From contig DAOTKC010000004.1 of the NCBI GenBank assembly GCA_035449045.1, forward strand, positions 4,414 to 68,413: a stretch of 64,000 nucleotides of DNA. The letters run 5' to 3'. Positions 7,906 to 16,598 of this stretch are shown one piece after another. The DNA is from Eubacteriales bacterium (GTDB lineage: Bacteria > Bacillota > Clostridia > Christensenellales > CAG-917). Made by a program: the position numbers and the translations under genes. Under the pieces are notes generated by a model. That model searched no databases. It saw only the letters and a program-made list of their open reading frames with translations, and was not told the origin of the DNA. The stretch's first letter is position 1. Each line of letters begins with the position of its first letter.

Positions 7906-10386
7906 ATGAGATATATAAAACAGCCCAAAAACCTGTCGCCGCGGGTGGAGTGGCTCAGAAACTATTTCTTTGAGGGTGTGGAGCGGGAATGGAACAACGA
8001 ATACCGCGTCTTCACGACCGGCACGCCTTGGGACGAGATGTATAACGAAGTGACTTATTACATTGTTCCCGAGACTTTCGCCTTTATGGGCGCATTTCAG
8101 AAATGCTTGCCGCAGGGCGCGAAAAAAATCGACGTCCCCGCCGACTTTTTCAAAAAGGACTTAGTCGAGCGCCGCGCCTGTTTCGTCAAAGAGGCGATGG
8201 TCAACCATGTGCCGAGGCATATTTTGCGGGGCGACCTTATCGCGGGCGCGGTTTTCAATCTCTTCACCTCGCACTGCCTGACAAAGGCGGAATATAAAGA
8301 GCGCGCCAAGCTCGTCTACGGCAAAAACGGGACGCGCGCGGCGGTCATAAAGTTTCATGACACCGGCTTCGGCAACGCCGGCGCCACTTCGGGGCATCTT
8401 ATTCCCGACTATGAAAGCGTGCTAAAATACGGCTTTGAGCACATCCTGCAAAGAGTCGAGGAGGCTTACTCCAAGCTGACGGAGGAAGAAAAGGCGTCGG
8501 AAAAGGGCGCCGAGCTCCGCGCCATGAAGACCGCGGCAGAGATGCCCATCGAACTGGCCGAAAAATACTCCGCGCTCTGCTCCTCGCTCGCCCAAAAAGA
8601 GAGCGACGCGCGCCGCAAAGAAGAACTTTTAAAAATGGCGGAAAACCTCAAAGTAGTGCCGCGCTACCCTGCCCGCGACTTTTGGCAGGCGATTCAGTCG
8701 CTTTGGCTCACCCACATGCTCGTCATGTCGGACGAAAACTACCCCGGTCCGGGCGTATCCTTCGGGCGGCTCGACCAATACCTCTACCCCTACTATAATA
8801 AGTCGCGCGAGGAAGGTATGAGCGAGGAGTTCATGAAAGAAATACTCGGTTGCTTCTGGGTGCATTGCAACACCGCCTACGACGCCCAAATCCGCGTCGG
8901 CGCCAATCAGGGAATAACGGCGGGCTTCGGCCAGCTGTTCATGATAAGCGGCGTAGGGCCCGACGGGGGCGACCTCACCAACGATTTAAGCTATCTTCTC
9001 CTCGACGTCATCGACGATATGAGCCCGATACTCGAGCCCAAGCCCAACGTGCGGCTCCACAAAAACTCGCCCGACAAGCTTTTAGATAAAGTCGTCGACA
9101 TGATTGCGTCCAGCCAAGGGGCGCCCTTCCTCATAAACTTCGACGAGCGTTCGATGGCGGGGCTTCTCCGCGAGGCCGAGATTGCCGGCATAGCCGACAA
9201 AATCAACCTTGAAAACGTCTGGAACTATGCCGCGGTGGGCTGCCTCGAAAACACCATGGTGGGCAACGACCGTTCGGGCACCGTCGACATCAACTTAAAT
9301 CTTTTGAAAGCGGTCGAGCTTGCGCTCGGCGGCAATCTTAAAACTTACGCCGACGCGCTCTGGAACAAGCCCTATAAGAGCGTTGAGCGTGGCGCGAGCA
9401 CCGGCGACCCCGAAAAATTTAGGACTTTTGAGGAATTTTATAAGGCCTATCTCAAGCAGACCGAGTTCATCGTAAAGCATATTTACGAGCTTTATGACCG
9501 CACCGACGCCGTTCGCGCCAAGTTCCATCCCACGCCCTATCTTTCGCTGTTGGTCAAAGGCTGCATAGAAAGCGCCACCGACATAACGCGGGGCGGCGCC
9601 GAGATAAAATTCGCCACCGTGGAGGGTGTCACCTTCGCGACGACCGTCGACAGCCTGCTTGCAATAAAATATCTCGTTTTCGACAAAAAGCTCTGCACTA
9701 TGAAGGAGCTTATCGAAGCGCTTAAGGCGAATTGGGATGGCTATGACAAGCTCGCCGCCGCCGCCAAATACCGCGCGCCTAAATTCGGCCGCGACGACGA
9801 CGAGGCCGACAAGCTCGCCCGCGACGTCATGGAATTTTGGGCGGCGGAAACTTGGAAATACAAGACTACGGCGACAGGCGTTCAGCTCCGCCCCGGCATG
9901 CTGAGCTGGAACTACTGGGTGGGCGACTCCCATATTCTGCCCGCCTCGCCCGACGGCAGAAAATGCGGACAATTTTTATCCAACGCCATCTGCCCCAGCA
10001 ACGGCGCCGACATAAACGGCCCGACCGCCAACTTAAACTCGGTGGGCAAGGCGCTGGGCGGCAAGGCCGAAAAGGGCGACTACCTCGACTATCTAAACTG
10101 CCTTCCCAACGGCGCCAGCCACACGCTGACGCTGTCGCCCGCGCTGCTTCGCGACGGCTCGCACAAAGAAAAGCTGAAGGCATTTTTGAGGGGCGCAATT
10201 GAAAACGGCGGCACCGCGCTTCAGCTCAACGTGCTTGACGTCGACACCTTGATTGACGCCCAGAAGCACCCCGAGGAATACCGCCACCTACTGGTGCGCG
10301 TCACCGGCTACAACGCCTATTTTACCTCAATCGGGCGCGAGCTCCAAAACGAGATTATCGCGAGAGAATCGCACAACAGGTTTTAA
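7906..10386 (+). CDS. glycyl radical enzyme (PFL-like fold, eliminase-like Cys-x-Glu loop), substrate unknown
   Basis: 826 aa. C-terminal glycine-radical motif LLVRVTGYNAYF (Gly codon at 10306-10308). Cys loop AAVGCLENT (TGC at 9241-9243). GRE-typical ARDFWQAIQSLW..GRLDQYLYPYY. GGGAGG SD. Confidence 0.9.
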   Translation: MRYIKQPKNLSPRVEWLRNYFFEGVEREWNNEYRVFTTGTPWDEMYNEVTYYIVPETFAFMGAFQKCLPQGAKKIDVPADFFKKDLVERRACFVKEAMVNHVPRHILRGDLIAGAVFNLFTSHCLTKAEYKERAKLVYGKNGTRAAVIKFHDTGFGNAGATSGHLIPDYESVLKYGFEHILQRVEEAYSKLTEEEKASEKGAELRAMKTAAEMPIELAEKYSALCSSLAQKESDARRKEELLKMAENLKVVPRYPARDFWQAIQSLWLTHMLVMSDENYPGPGVSFGRLDQYLYPYYNKSREEGMSEEFMKEILGCFWVHCNTAYDAQIRVGANQGITAGFGQLFMISGVGPDGGDLTNDLSYLLLDVIDDMSPILEPKPNVRLHKNSPDKLLDKVVDMIASSQGAPFLINFDERSMAGLLREAEIAGIADKINLENVWNYAAVGCLENTMVGNDRSGTVDINLNLLKAVELALGGNLKTYADALWNKPYKSVERGASTGDPEKFRTFEEFYKAYLKQTEFIVKHIYELYDRTDAVRAKFHPTPYLSLLVKGCIESATDITRGGAEIKFATVEGVTFATTVDSLLAIKYLVFDKKLCTMKELIEALKANWDGYDKLAAAAKYRAPKFGRDDDEADKLARDVMEFWAAETWKYKTTATGVQLRPGMLSWNYWVGDSHILPASPDGRKCGQFLSNAICPSNGADINGPTANLNSVGKALGGKAEKGDYLDYLNCLPNGASHTLTLSPALLRDGSHKEKLKAFLRGAIENGGTALQLNVLDVDTLIDAQKHPEEYRHLLVRVTGYNAYFTSIGRELQNEIIARESHNRF

Positions 10387-10441
10387 CAACTCATAACGAA
10401 AGCCTATAAAACCGCTCAACTTATTGTCATTAGCTAAAAAA

Positions 10442-11359
10442 ATGGAAGCAAAGATATTGGATATTCAACGGCTGTCGACCGAGGACGGGCCGGGCATACG
10501 CACCACGGTGTTCTTCAAGGGTTGCAACCTTGCCTGCAAGTGGTGCCACAACCCCGAGAGCATAAGCTCGCGCTTCGAGCGCTACTGGGCGGAGGAAAAG
10601 TGCATTTTCTGTAAAACCTGCCTTGAAGCCTGCGCCGCGGGCGCACTTTCGTTTTCCGAAAACGGCTTGATTTTTGATCTTGAAAAATGCTTAAACTGCG
10701 GCCGCTGCGGCGAGGCCTGCCCCACTCTCGCGATTGAAACAAAAGGGCGTTTAATCACCGAAACCGAACTTTATCGTGAATTATTGAAAGATAAAGCCTA
10801 TTTTGGCGCGAACGGCGGCGTTACGCTGTCGGGCGGCGAGCCCATGCTTCAAAGCGATTTTTTGCTTTTGCTTTTAAAGCTCTTGAAAGCTTCGGGAGTT
10901 CATACCGCGCTTGATACAGCCGGCCTTTACGGCGAAGAAAGGCTTGCGCCGGTTCTGCCGTATTTGGACCTTGTGCTGTTTGACTTAAAGTTTATCGATG
11001 CCGCCGAGCACAAGAAATGGGCGGCCGCCGACAATGCACAGATATTGAAAAACGCGCGGATGCTGGGCGCGCTCGACTATCCCAAAGTCTGGGTTCGAAC
11101 GCCGCTCATCCCCGGCGCTACCGCGACGCCCGAGAACATTGCGGCCATCGGCGCCTTTATAAAAGAAAGCATGCCCAATCTTGAAAGATGGGAACTGCCT
11201 GCCTTCAACAACTTGTCGCGGCGGAAATATACCTTGCTCGGGCGGGAATGGGAATTTAAATCGACCGAGCTCATGAAAAGGAAGGAGCTTGACGCGCTCG
11301 CAGGTGTCGCCAAAGCGTATTTTCCCGCCGCCGTCTGGACGGGCAGGGCTACGGATTAA
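10442..11359 (+). CDS. glycyl-radical enzyme activating protein (radical SAM with two ferredoxin-type cluster motifs)
   Basis: CNLACKWCHNPE (CX3CX2C), CIFCKTCLEAC and CLNCGRCGEACP. Directly downstream of the GRE. The track ORF starts at a TTG at 10424; the ATG at 10442 is the more likely start. Confidence 0.9.
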   Translation: MEAKILDIQRLSTEDGPGIRTTVFFKGCNLACKWCHNPESISSRFERYWAEEKCIFCKTCLEACAAGALSFSENGLIFDLEKCLNCGRCGEACPTLAIETKGRLITETELYRELLKDKAYFGANGGVTLSGGEPMLQSDFLLLLLKLLKASGVHTALDTAGLYGEERLAPVLPYLDLVLFDLKFIDAAEHKKWAAADNAQILKNARMLGALDYPKVWVRTPLIPGATATPENIAAIGAFIKESMPNLERWELPAFNNLSRRKYTLLGREWEFKSTELMKRKELDALAGVAKAYFPAAVWTGRATD

Positions 11360-11457
11360 TTAATTCAGCTTATTTACCGCGCTGTTTCGGCTGCAAGTTG
11401 CGGGCCGGCTGCGCTACCTTATGAAAATTAAAAATTTAGGCGAAAAGGGAGATATTT

Positions 11458-12303
11458 ATGAACACCAAATTCAACGAAGAGGCCAAGGAAAAATTTGCCG
11501 TCACCGGAAAAATAGGGCTTATCGCCACGGTGGACCCGAGCGGCATGCCGCACATCACCTTTATCAACACCATCGACACAAAGGACGACGATATTCTAAC
11601 TTTCGGCGAATTTATCCACGGGCTTTCCAAGCAATATATGAAAAGCTACAAAAAAATCGGCTTTTTCGTCATGAATATGGAAAAAGAGTGGTGGACGGGC
11701 ACCGCCGAATATCTTCGCACCGAGGTGACGGGCGAGGAATTCGACAAATACAACAACCAAAAGCTCTTTCGTTACAACACTTATTTCGGAATAGGCAAGG
11801 TCCACTACTTCGCGCTCAAGGATATTTCGGACAAGACCGCGCTTTCAATGGGCGCAGTGGCCGGCTCCGCTATTTACGCAAAAATCGCCAAAAACTTCGC
11901 CAAAAAATCTCCCGCGGGCGACGTAAAAATCAAGGGGCTTACTAAAAAACTCTCTTCCAAGCTCGGCGACCTCCGCTTTATCGCCTACATCGACGGCGAG
12001 GGCTATCCAAGAATACTGCCCGTCATTCAAGCCGCGCTGAAGGACGACCGCGGCCGCCTCGTCATCCCGCTCTCCCCCTATGCCGAGAAGCTTGAAAACC
12101 TTGACTCGGGCGTCAAAACCGCCGTTTTCCTTGCCGACCTTTCACTCTCGACCGCTCTGCTCGAGGGCTCATTCGGCGGAATTAAAACATTTTTAGGCAA
12201 AAAATACGCCATTTTCGACACCGAGCGGGTCTATAACTCGCTGGTGCCCGTGCCCGGCTATATCTACCCCTTCGACGACACTAAATATAAAGAACAAGAT
12301 TAA
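11458..12303 (+). CDS. hypothetical protein, possibly a tandem split-barrel (PNPOx-like FMN-binding) fold
   Basis: 281-aa ORF with an AAGGGAG SD. GKIGLIATVDPSGMPHITFIN resembles the PNPOx-family N-terminal strand. A second half (DLRFIAYIDGEGYPRILPV) looks like an internal duplication. The fold assignment is tentative. Confidence 0.45.
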   Translation: MNTKFNEEAKEKFAVTGKIGLIATVDPSGMPHITFINTIDTKDDDILTFGEFIHGLSKQYMKSYKKIGFFVMNMEKEWWTGTAEYLRTEVTGEEFDKYNNQKLFRYNTYFGIGKVHYFALKDISDKTALSMGAVAGSAIYAKIAKNFAKKSPAGDVKIKGLTKKLSSKLGDLRFIAYIDGEGYPRILPVIQAALKDDRGRLVIPLSPYAEKLENLDSGVKTAVFLADLSLSTALLEGSFGGIKTFLGKKYAIFDTERVYNSLVPVPGYIYPFDDTKYKEQD

Positions 12304-12390
12304 GCCTTTATATAGCCAGGATAATATTTAGACATTCATTTCAAAAAAATGTAAAAAACGAAAAAGCGTTTTGCGCTCATCTGCACAAGT

Positions 12391-12424
12391 TAAAAAAATC
12401 CGCGGGTTTCCGCGGATTTTCGTT
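12391..12424. terminator. bidirectional rho-independent terminator between the convergent hypothetical gene and dnaN
   Basis: AAAAAAATCCGCGG-GTTT-CCGCGGATTTTCGTTT. Confidence 0.8.
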
Positions 12425-12442
12425 TATTTTGAGTTTTTTAAC

Positions 12443-13543
12443 TTACATAACGATACGGATAGGAAGGATGAGGTAGAGCTCGGGCAAATCGGAGGCCGGC
12501 CTCATGATGCCCGCCGCCGTCGACGTCGTGAACGACATTTTAACCGAGGCGTCGGTGATGGCGCGGAGGCTCTCCATGATGTATTTGGAATTGAAGCCGA
12601 TAGCGAGGTCCTTGCCCTCCGTTTTGATGGGAATATCCTCGACGATGTCGCCGGCCTCGCCTTCCGCCTTTATGTTCAGGTTGTTTTCGGCTATCTCGAA
12701 GCGCACGACGTTCTTTTTATCATTTTTATTGAACTGCGACGCGCGGTTGACGGCGTCCTCGAAATCCTTTTTGTCGGAAATAAACTCGGTTGTGAACTCG
12801 GTCGGAATAATTTTTTTATAATTGATGAAGTCGCCCTCGATGAGCCTTGTCACGATGACGGTGTGGAAGAGGTCTATTTTTAAATAATTCTTTTCGACGG
12901 CCACCTCAAGCTCGTTGTCGTCGTCGTCGATAAGCCTGGCTATCTCGCTGAGGCTTCTTGCCGGCACTATAATGGTCTTTCCTTCGCCCGTGTAATTGAC
13001 GGCGGCGGATGCAAGCGCCAAACGGTAGCCGTTTGATGCGACGGCGCTGACGTTTCCATCCGTCAAATCCAGACAAACGCCCTTGAGTATAGGGCGGCTG
13101 TCTTCCTGCGCGGCGTTAAAAATCACTTTGTTTATTATGTTTTTAAAATCCTTCTTTTGAATTTTAAAGCTCGTTTCCTCTTTTACTTCTTTGAAGGTGG
13201 GGTATTCGTAGACGTTCATTGCCGCGAAATTGGCAACGCCGCCGTAAATAAACTTGACGCGCTCGCGGTTGGTGGCGTCTATTTCGATTGTGACGGCGGG
13301 AAGCCCGCGCGCAAAATCGGCAAGGCTTCTGCCGTTAATCAATGCCTCTCCTTCGATTTTGACGTCGGCGTTAATCTTTTTTTCAATGGCGAGCTCGAGG
13401 TCGGTCGAGGACAGTATCAAAACGTCGCCCTCCGCTTTAAGTTTTATCCCTTCTAGTATCGGGTTTAATTTTTTGAGCGGCATCGCCTTGGTAACTTTAG
13501 ATACCGCATCCGCAAAATCAGTGGAATCACAAAACAGTTTCAT
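12443..13543 (-). CDS. dnaN: DNA polymerase III subunit beta (sliding clamp)
   Basis: 366 aa, MKLFCDSTDFADAVSKVTKAMP...; ends LILPIRIVM; downstream of dnaA. Confidence 0.95.
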   Translation of the reverse strand: MKLFCDSTDFADAVSKVTKAMPLKKLNPILEGIKLKAEGDVLILSSTDLELAIEKKINADVKIEGEALINGRSLADFARGLPAVTIEIDATNRERVKFIYGGVANFAAMNVYEYPTFKEVKEETSFKIQKKDFKNIINKVIFNAAQEDSRPILKGVCLDLTDGNVSAVASNGYRLALASAAVNYTGEGKTIIVPARSLSEIARLIDDDDNELEVAVEKNYLKIDLFHTVIVTRLIEGDFINYKKIIPTEFTTEFISDKKDFEDAVNRASQFNKNDKKNVVRFEIAENNLNIKAEGEAGDIVEDIPIKTEGKDLAIGFNSKYIMESLRAITDASVKMSFTTSTAAGIMRPASDLPELYLILPIRIVM

Positions 13544-13968
13544 TTTTGCCTCTTTTCATTTTCATATAGTATTTTTAATAATAATAATAACAATAAGCGC
13601 TGTGGATTTGTTTACATCCCATCCATTCCCTTATATTTCAACACATTAACCCCAAAAAACAATGTTGACAAGCCGTGCATAACCTTTTCCCTTATTCCAC
13701 ATTTCCCCATTTTCGCCCTTTCCGCTCAAAAAATCCCCTCGCCTTCCCTCTCAATAAGCCCTAAATTCTCCAAATCCCACCTCACAAACATCTCAAATTA
13801 AAAAGATAAAGTTTAGCAAGAGGCACTCGGTTTTTAAATCTAAATTAAAATAGAATTAAAACACGGGATGCCGGGCTAGGCTCGTCGAAAAAGGGGCAGG
13901 CGCGTATTATAATACGTAACTGCCTCACGACGAAGACAGAAACAACGCCCCGCGCTCATATCTGAATT
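13544..13968 (-). other. candidate oriC segment (dnaA-dnaN spacer)
   Basis: 425-bp ORF-free spacer containing a DnaA box, GC cluster, DnaA-trio array and AT-rich stretch next to dnaN. A second box-like site, TATTCCACA, lies at 13693-13701. Confidence 0.65.
13576..13609 (-). promoter_or_regulatory. DnaA box (AAATCCACA) + GCGC + seven DnaA-trios (TTA TTG TTA TTA TTA TTA TTA)
   Basis: Read directly on the minus strand at 13609->13576. The order and spacing match the published basal unwinding system architecture. Confidence 0.65.
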
Positions 13969-15357
13969 CTACCTATGTAATAACATGTCTTTGATGTCTT
14001 GCAACTGTATCCGAAGTTTAGGGTTAGTTTTCAGCCCCTCCGCAATCTTATCCCTAGCGTGTATGACGGTGGTGTGGTCGCGGCCGCCGAAATAGCCGCC
14101 GATGGTGACGAGCGGGAGGGACAGCATCTCGGTTATGAGATAAATAGCTATCATTCTCGGTTCGACAATCTCTTTATTCTTCTTTTTGCCCGTTATGTCG
14201 GCGGTGGAGATGTTGAAATATTTGCAGGTGAAAAAGATGATGTCGTTGGCGTCTATGGTATCTCTCGGCACGTCGATGATGTCTTTTAAAGCCTCTCTTG
14301 CTGCGGCCACCGTGCTGACGGGATGGCCCGACAGCGAGGAGTAGAAGATGACTTTATTTAAAAGCCCTTCCATATCGCGGACGTTGGATTCGGCGTTTTC
14401 GGCGATGAAGTGGGCGACTTCGGGAGTCAGGAAGAAACCCTCCTGCTTGGCCTTTTCTTCCAAAATAGCGATTCTGGTCTCGAGATCGGGCGGCTGGATA
14501 TCGACGGTCAAGCCCCAAGTGAAACGGGTTCTGAGACGCTCGGAAAGATGGGCGATATCCTTGGGCGGACGGTCGGAGGAGAAAATAATTTGCTTGTTCA
14601 TGTGGTGGAGGTCGTTGAAAATGTGGAAGATGGCCTCCTGAACGCCGTCCTTTCCCGCCGTGTATTGAATGTCGTCGAGCATAAGGACGTCGACAAGGCG
14701 GTATTTTTCGCGGAACTTTCTATTAAGCTCTGAGTTGTTACTCTGCCGGATGACATCAAGGTATTCGTTTAAAAATGAGTTGGTCGAAACGTAGAGCACC
14801 TTGATTTGCGGCTTATTTTTTTGTATGTAGTTGCCGATGGCGTGCATCATGTGCGTCTTGCCGAGGCCGACGCCGCCGTAAATAAACAGCGGGTTAAATT
14901 TAGTGCCGGGACAGTCGGCAACCGCCTTGGCCGCCGCCGCCGCGAACTCGTTGGAGCTGCCCACAATGAAGTTGTCGAAGGTGTATTTTTTGTTGAAGGA
15001 AAAAAGCGTGTCGCGGGGGTCGGCCGCGGCATCTTTTATGATAAAGCCGGTGTCGGGCAGCGCCTCGTCCTGACGGTTTAAGTATTCTTCCTTTTCGTCC
15101 TCTCTTATGATTTCGACGCCGGCGACGGAGACGCCCGCCGTCGACTTGGCCGATTCGATGACCTCTTCGGCGATGGTGTCTTTATAGCGCGCCTCGATGG
15201 TCTTTTTGGAAACGTCGGAAGGCGCCGCCAAAACCAGCGTGTTCTTGACAAAACACACCGGCTCCAGCCGCTGCACCCAAACCTCGAAGCCGATTGCGTG
15301 AATCTTGGCCGATAGGCGGCTTAGCGCTTCTTTCCACAGGGAATCCAAGTTGACCAT
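13969..15357 (-). CDS. dnaA: chromosomal replication initiator protein DnaA
   Basis: Walker A GGVGLGKTHMMHAIGN; C-terminal DNA-binding GGRDHTTVIHARDKI. The start is set at the ATG at 15357 (MVNLDSLW). The track ORF begins two codons earlier, at a GTG at 15363. Confidence 0.96.
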   Translation of the reverse strand: MVNLDSLWKEALSRLSAKIHAIGFEVWVQRLEPVCFVKNTLVLAAPSDVSKKTIEARYKDTIAEEVIESAKSTAGVSVAGVEIIREDEKEEYLNRQDEALPDTGFIIKDAAADPRDTLFSFNKKYTFDNFIVGSSNEFAAAAAKAVADCPGTKFNPLFIYGGVGLGKTHMMHAIGNYIQKNKPQIKVLYVSTNSFLNEYLDVIRQSNNSELNRKFREKYRLVDVLMLDDIQYTAGKDGVQEAIFHIFNDLHHMNKQIIFSSDRPPKDIAHLSERLRTRFTWGLTVDIQPPDLETRIAILEEKAKQEGFFLTPEVAHFIAENAESNVRDMEGLLNKVIFYSSLSGHPVSTVAAAREALKDIIDVPRDTIDANDIIFFTCKYFNISTADITGKKKNKEIVEPRMIAIYLITEMLSLPLVTIGGYFGGRDHTTVIHARDKIAEGLKTNPKLRIQLQDIKDMLLHR

Positions 15358-15363
15358 ATGCAC

Positions 15364-15392
15364 ATTATAATATTTTTCCGCTTGAAATTCAA
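15364..15392 (-). promoter_or_regulatory. predicted dnaA promoter: TTGAAT-17-TATAAT, with the -10 ending 6 nt before the ATG at 15357
   Basis: The reverse complement of 15387-15392 is TTGAAT. The reverse complement of 15364-15369 is TATAAT. Confidence 0.5.
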
Positions 15393-15409
15393 GTGTTTTA
15401 GGATATAAT
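15382..15409 (+). promoter_or_regulatory. predicted recF promoter: TTGAAA-16-TATAAT, with the -10 ending 6 nt before the ATG at 15416
   Basis: TTGAAA at 15382-15387 and TATAAT at 15404-15409. No SD precedes the recF ATG. Confidence 0.5.
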
Positions 15410-15415
15410 AAAATA

Positions 15416-16492
15416 ATGGACGCAACCCTCCTAAAGCTTAAAAACTTCCGAAACTACCTAGAAAAAGCGGTGGAGTTTTCGAGCGGATTAAACGTTATCG
15501 AGGGTAAGAACGCGACGGGTAAAACCAACCTTTTGGAGGCGGTCTATCTTTCGGCGTTCGGCCGTTCGCCCCGTGCGGTCAAAGACAAGGAAATGATTAA
15601 CCACGGCGCTTCTCAAGCGCAAGTCCGTCTTAATTTAGAAAAAAAGTTCCGCTCCCACAAAATCGAAGTTTTTTTATTAGATAACAACAAAAAAAGCGTG
15701 CTGATTGACGGCATTCCCGCCGCCCGCTCCAACGAGCTGCTCGGCATGCTCTCCGTCGTCTATTTTTCGCCCGACGAGCTAAAGCTCATAAAAAACTCGC
15801 CCGAGGAACGCCGCCGCTTTATGGACGTCAGCCTCTGCCAGCAGAAAAAGGCCTACTTTTTCGCGCTTTCGGGCTACAATCGCCTTCTAAAACAGCGGAA
15901 CGCACTGCTTAAAGAAAGCAACTCAAAGGCAATCGCCGACACGCTGGATATCTGGGACGCCGAGATGGCAAAGACGGGCGCCGAGATAATTTTTGAGCGC
16001 GCCGCCTTTTTAAAGGGATTGGAGGCCGATGCCCGCCGCGCTCACTACGCGATAAGCGGCGGCGGCGAGGAGCTATCCCTTTTATACGAAACCGAAACTT
16101 CGGGACAAACCAAAGAGGAGCTTAGGGCGGGTATTTTGGAAGCGCTCAAGGCCGGCCGAGAGCGTGATTTGAATCTTAAATATACCGGCGCCGGCCCCCA
16201 TCGCGACGATATTAAAATTGCGCTCGACGGCCGCGACGCCAGAAAATTCGCGTCCCAAGGCCAAATCCGCACCTCGACGCTGGCGCTTAAGGTTGCCGAA
16301 ACCGCGCTCATTAAAGCGGAAACGGGCGAAAGTCCGGTGCTTCTTTTGGACGACGTGCTGTCGGAGCTCGACGAGTCCCGCCAAGCCGCCCTTTTGAATT
16401 TCGTTTCGGGGACACAGGTCATAGTGAGCTGCACCGAGTTCAAGCTTTCTGCGGTAAAGCCCGATAATATAATTAGAACAACGCCCGTTTAG
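15416..16492 (+). CDS. recF: DNA replication and repair protein RecF
   Basis: LKLKNFRNY...GKNATGKTNLLEAVY Walker A; LLLDDVLSELD Walker B/signature. Confidence 0.95.
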   Translation: MDATLLKLKNFRNYLEKAVEFSSGLNVIEGKNATGKTNLLEAVYLSAFGRSPRAVKDKEMINHGASQAQVRLNLEKKFRSHKIEVFLLDNNKKSVLIDGIPAARSNELLGMLSVVYFSPDELKLIKNSPEERRRFMDVSLCQQKKAYFFALSGYNRLLKQRNALLKESNSKAIADTLDIWDAEMAKTGAEIIFERAAFLKGLEADARRAHYAISGGGEELSLLYETETSGQTKEELRAGILEALKAGRERDLNLKYTGAGPHRDDIKIALDGRDARKFASQGQIRTSTLALKVAETALIKAETGESPVLLLDDVLSELDESRQAALLNFVSGTQVIVSCTEFKLSAVKPDNIIRTTPV

Positions 16493-16554
16493 CAAATAGT
16501 TTATAATTATTCGGCACGACTCCGACGGTTATGCTAAAAAATCTTATAATAGAT

Positions 16555-16585
16555 AAAAAATCCGCTTCTTGCGGATTTTTTTTTG
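16555..16585 (+). terminator. recF terminator
   Basis: AAAATCCGC-TTCTT-GCGGATTTTTTTTT. Confidence 0.8.
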
Positions 16586-16598
16586 CATTTGTCATAAG

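Noticed and set aside
9295-10287. Antisense and alternative-frame ORFs inside the glycyl radical enzyme gene (e.g. 9295..9972 -, 9837..10202 +)
   Set aside because: They lie entirely within a well-supported 826-aa gene and have an Arg/Gly/Pro-rich composition typical of off-frame GC-rich sequence.
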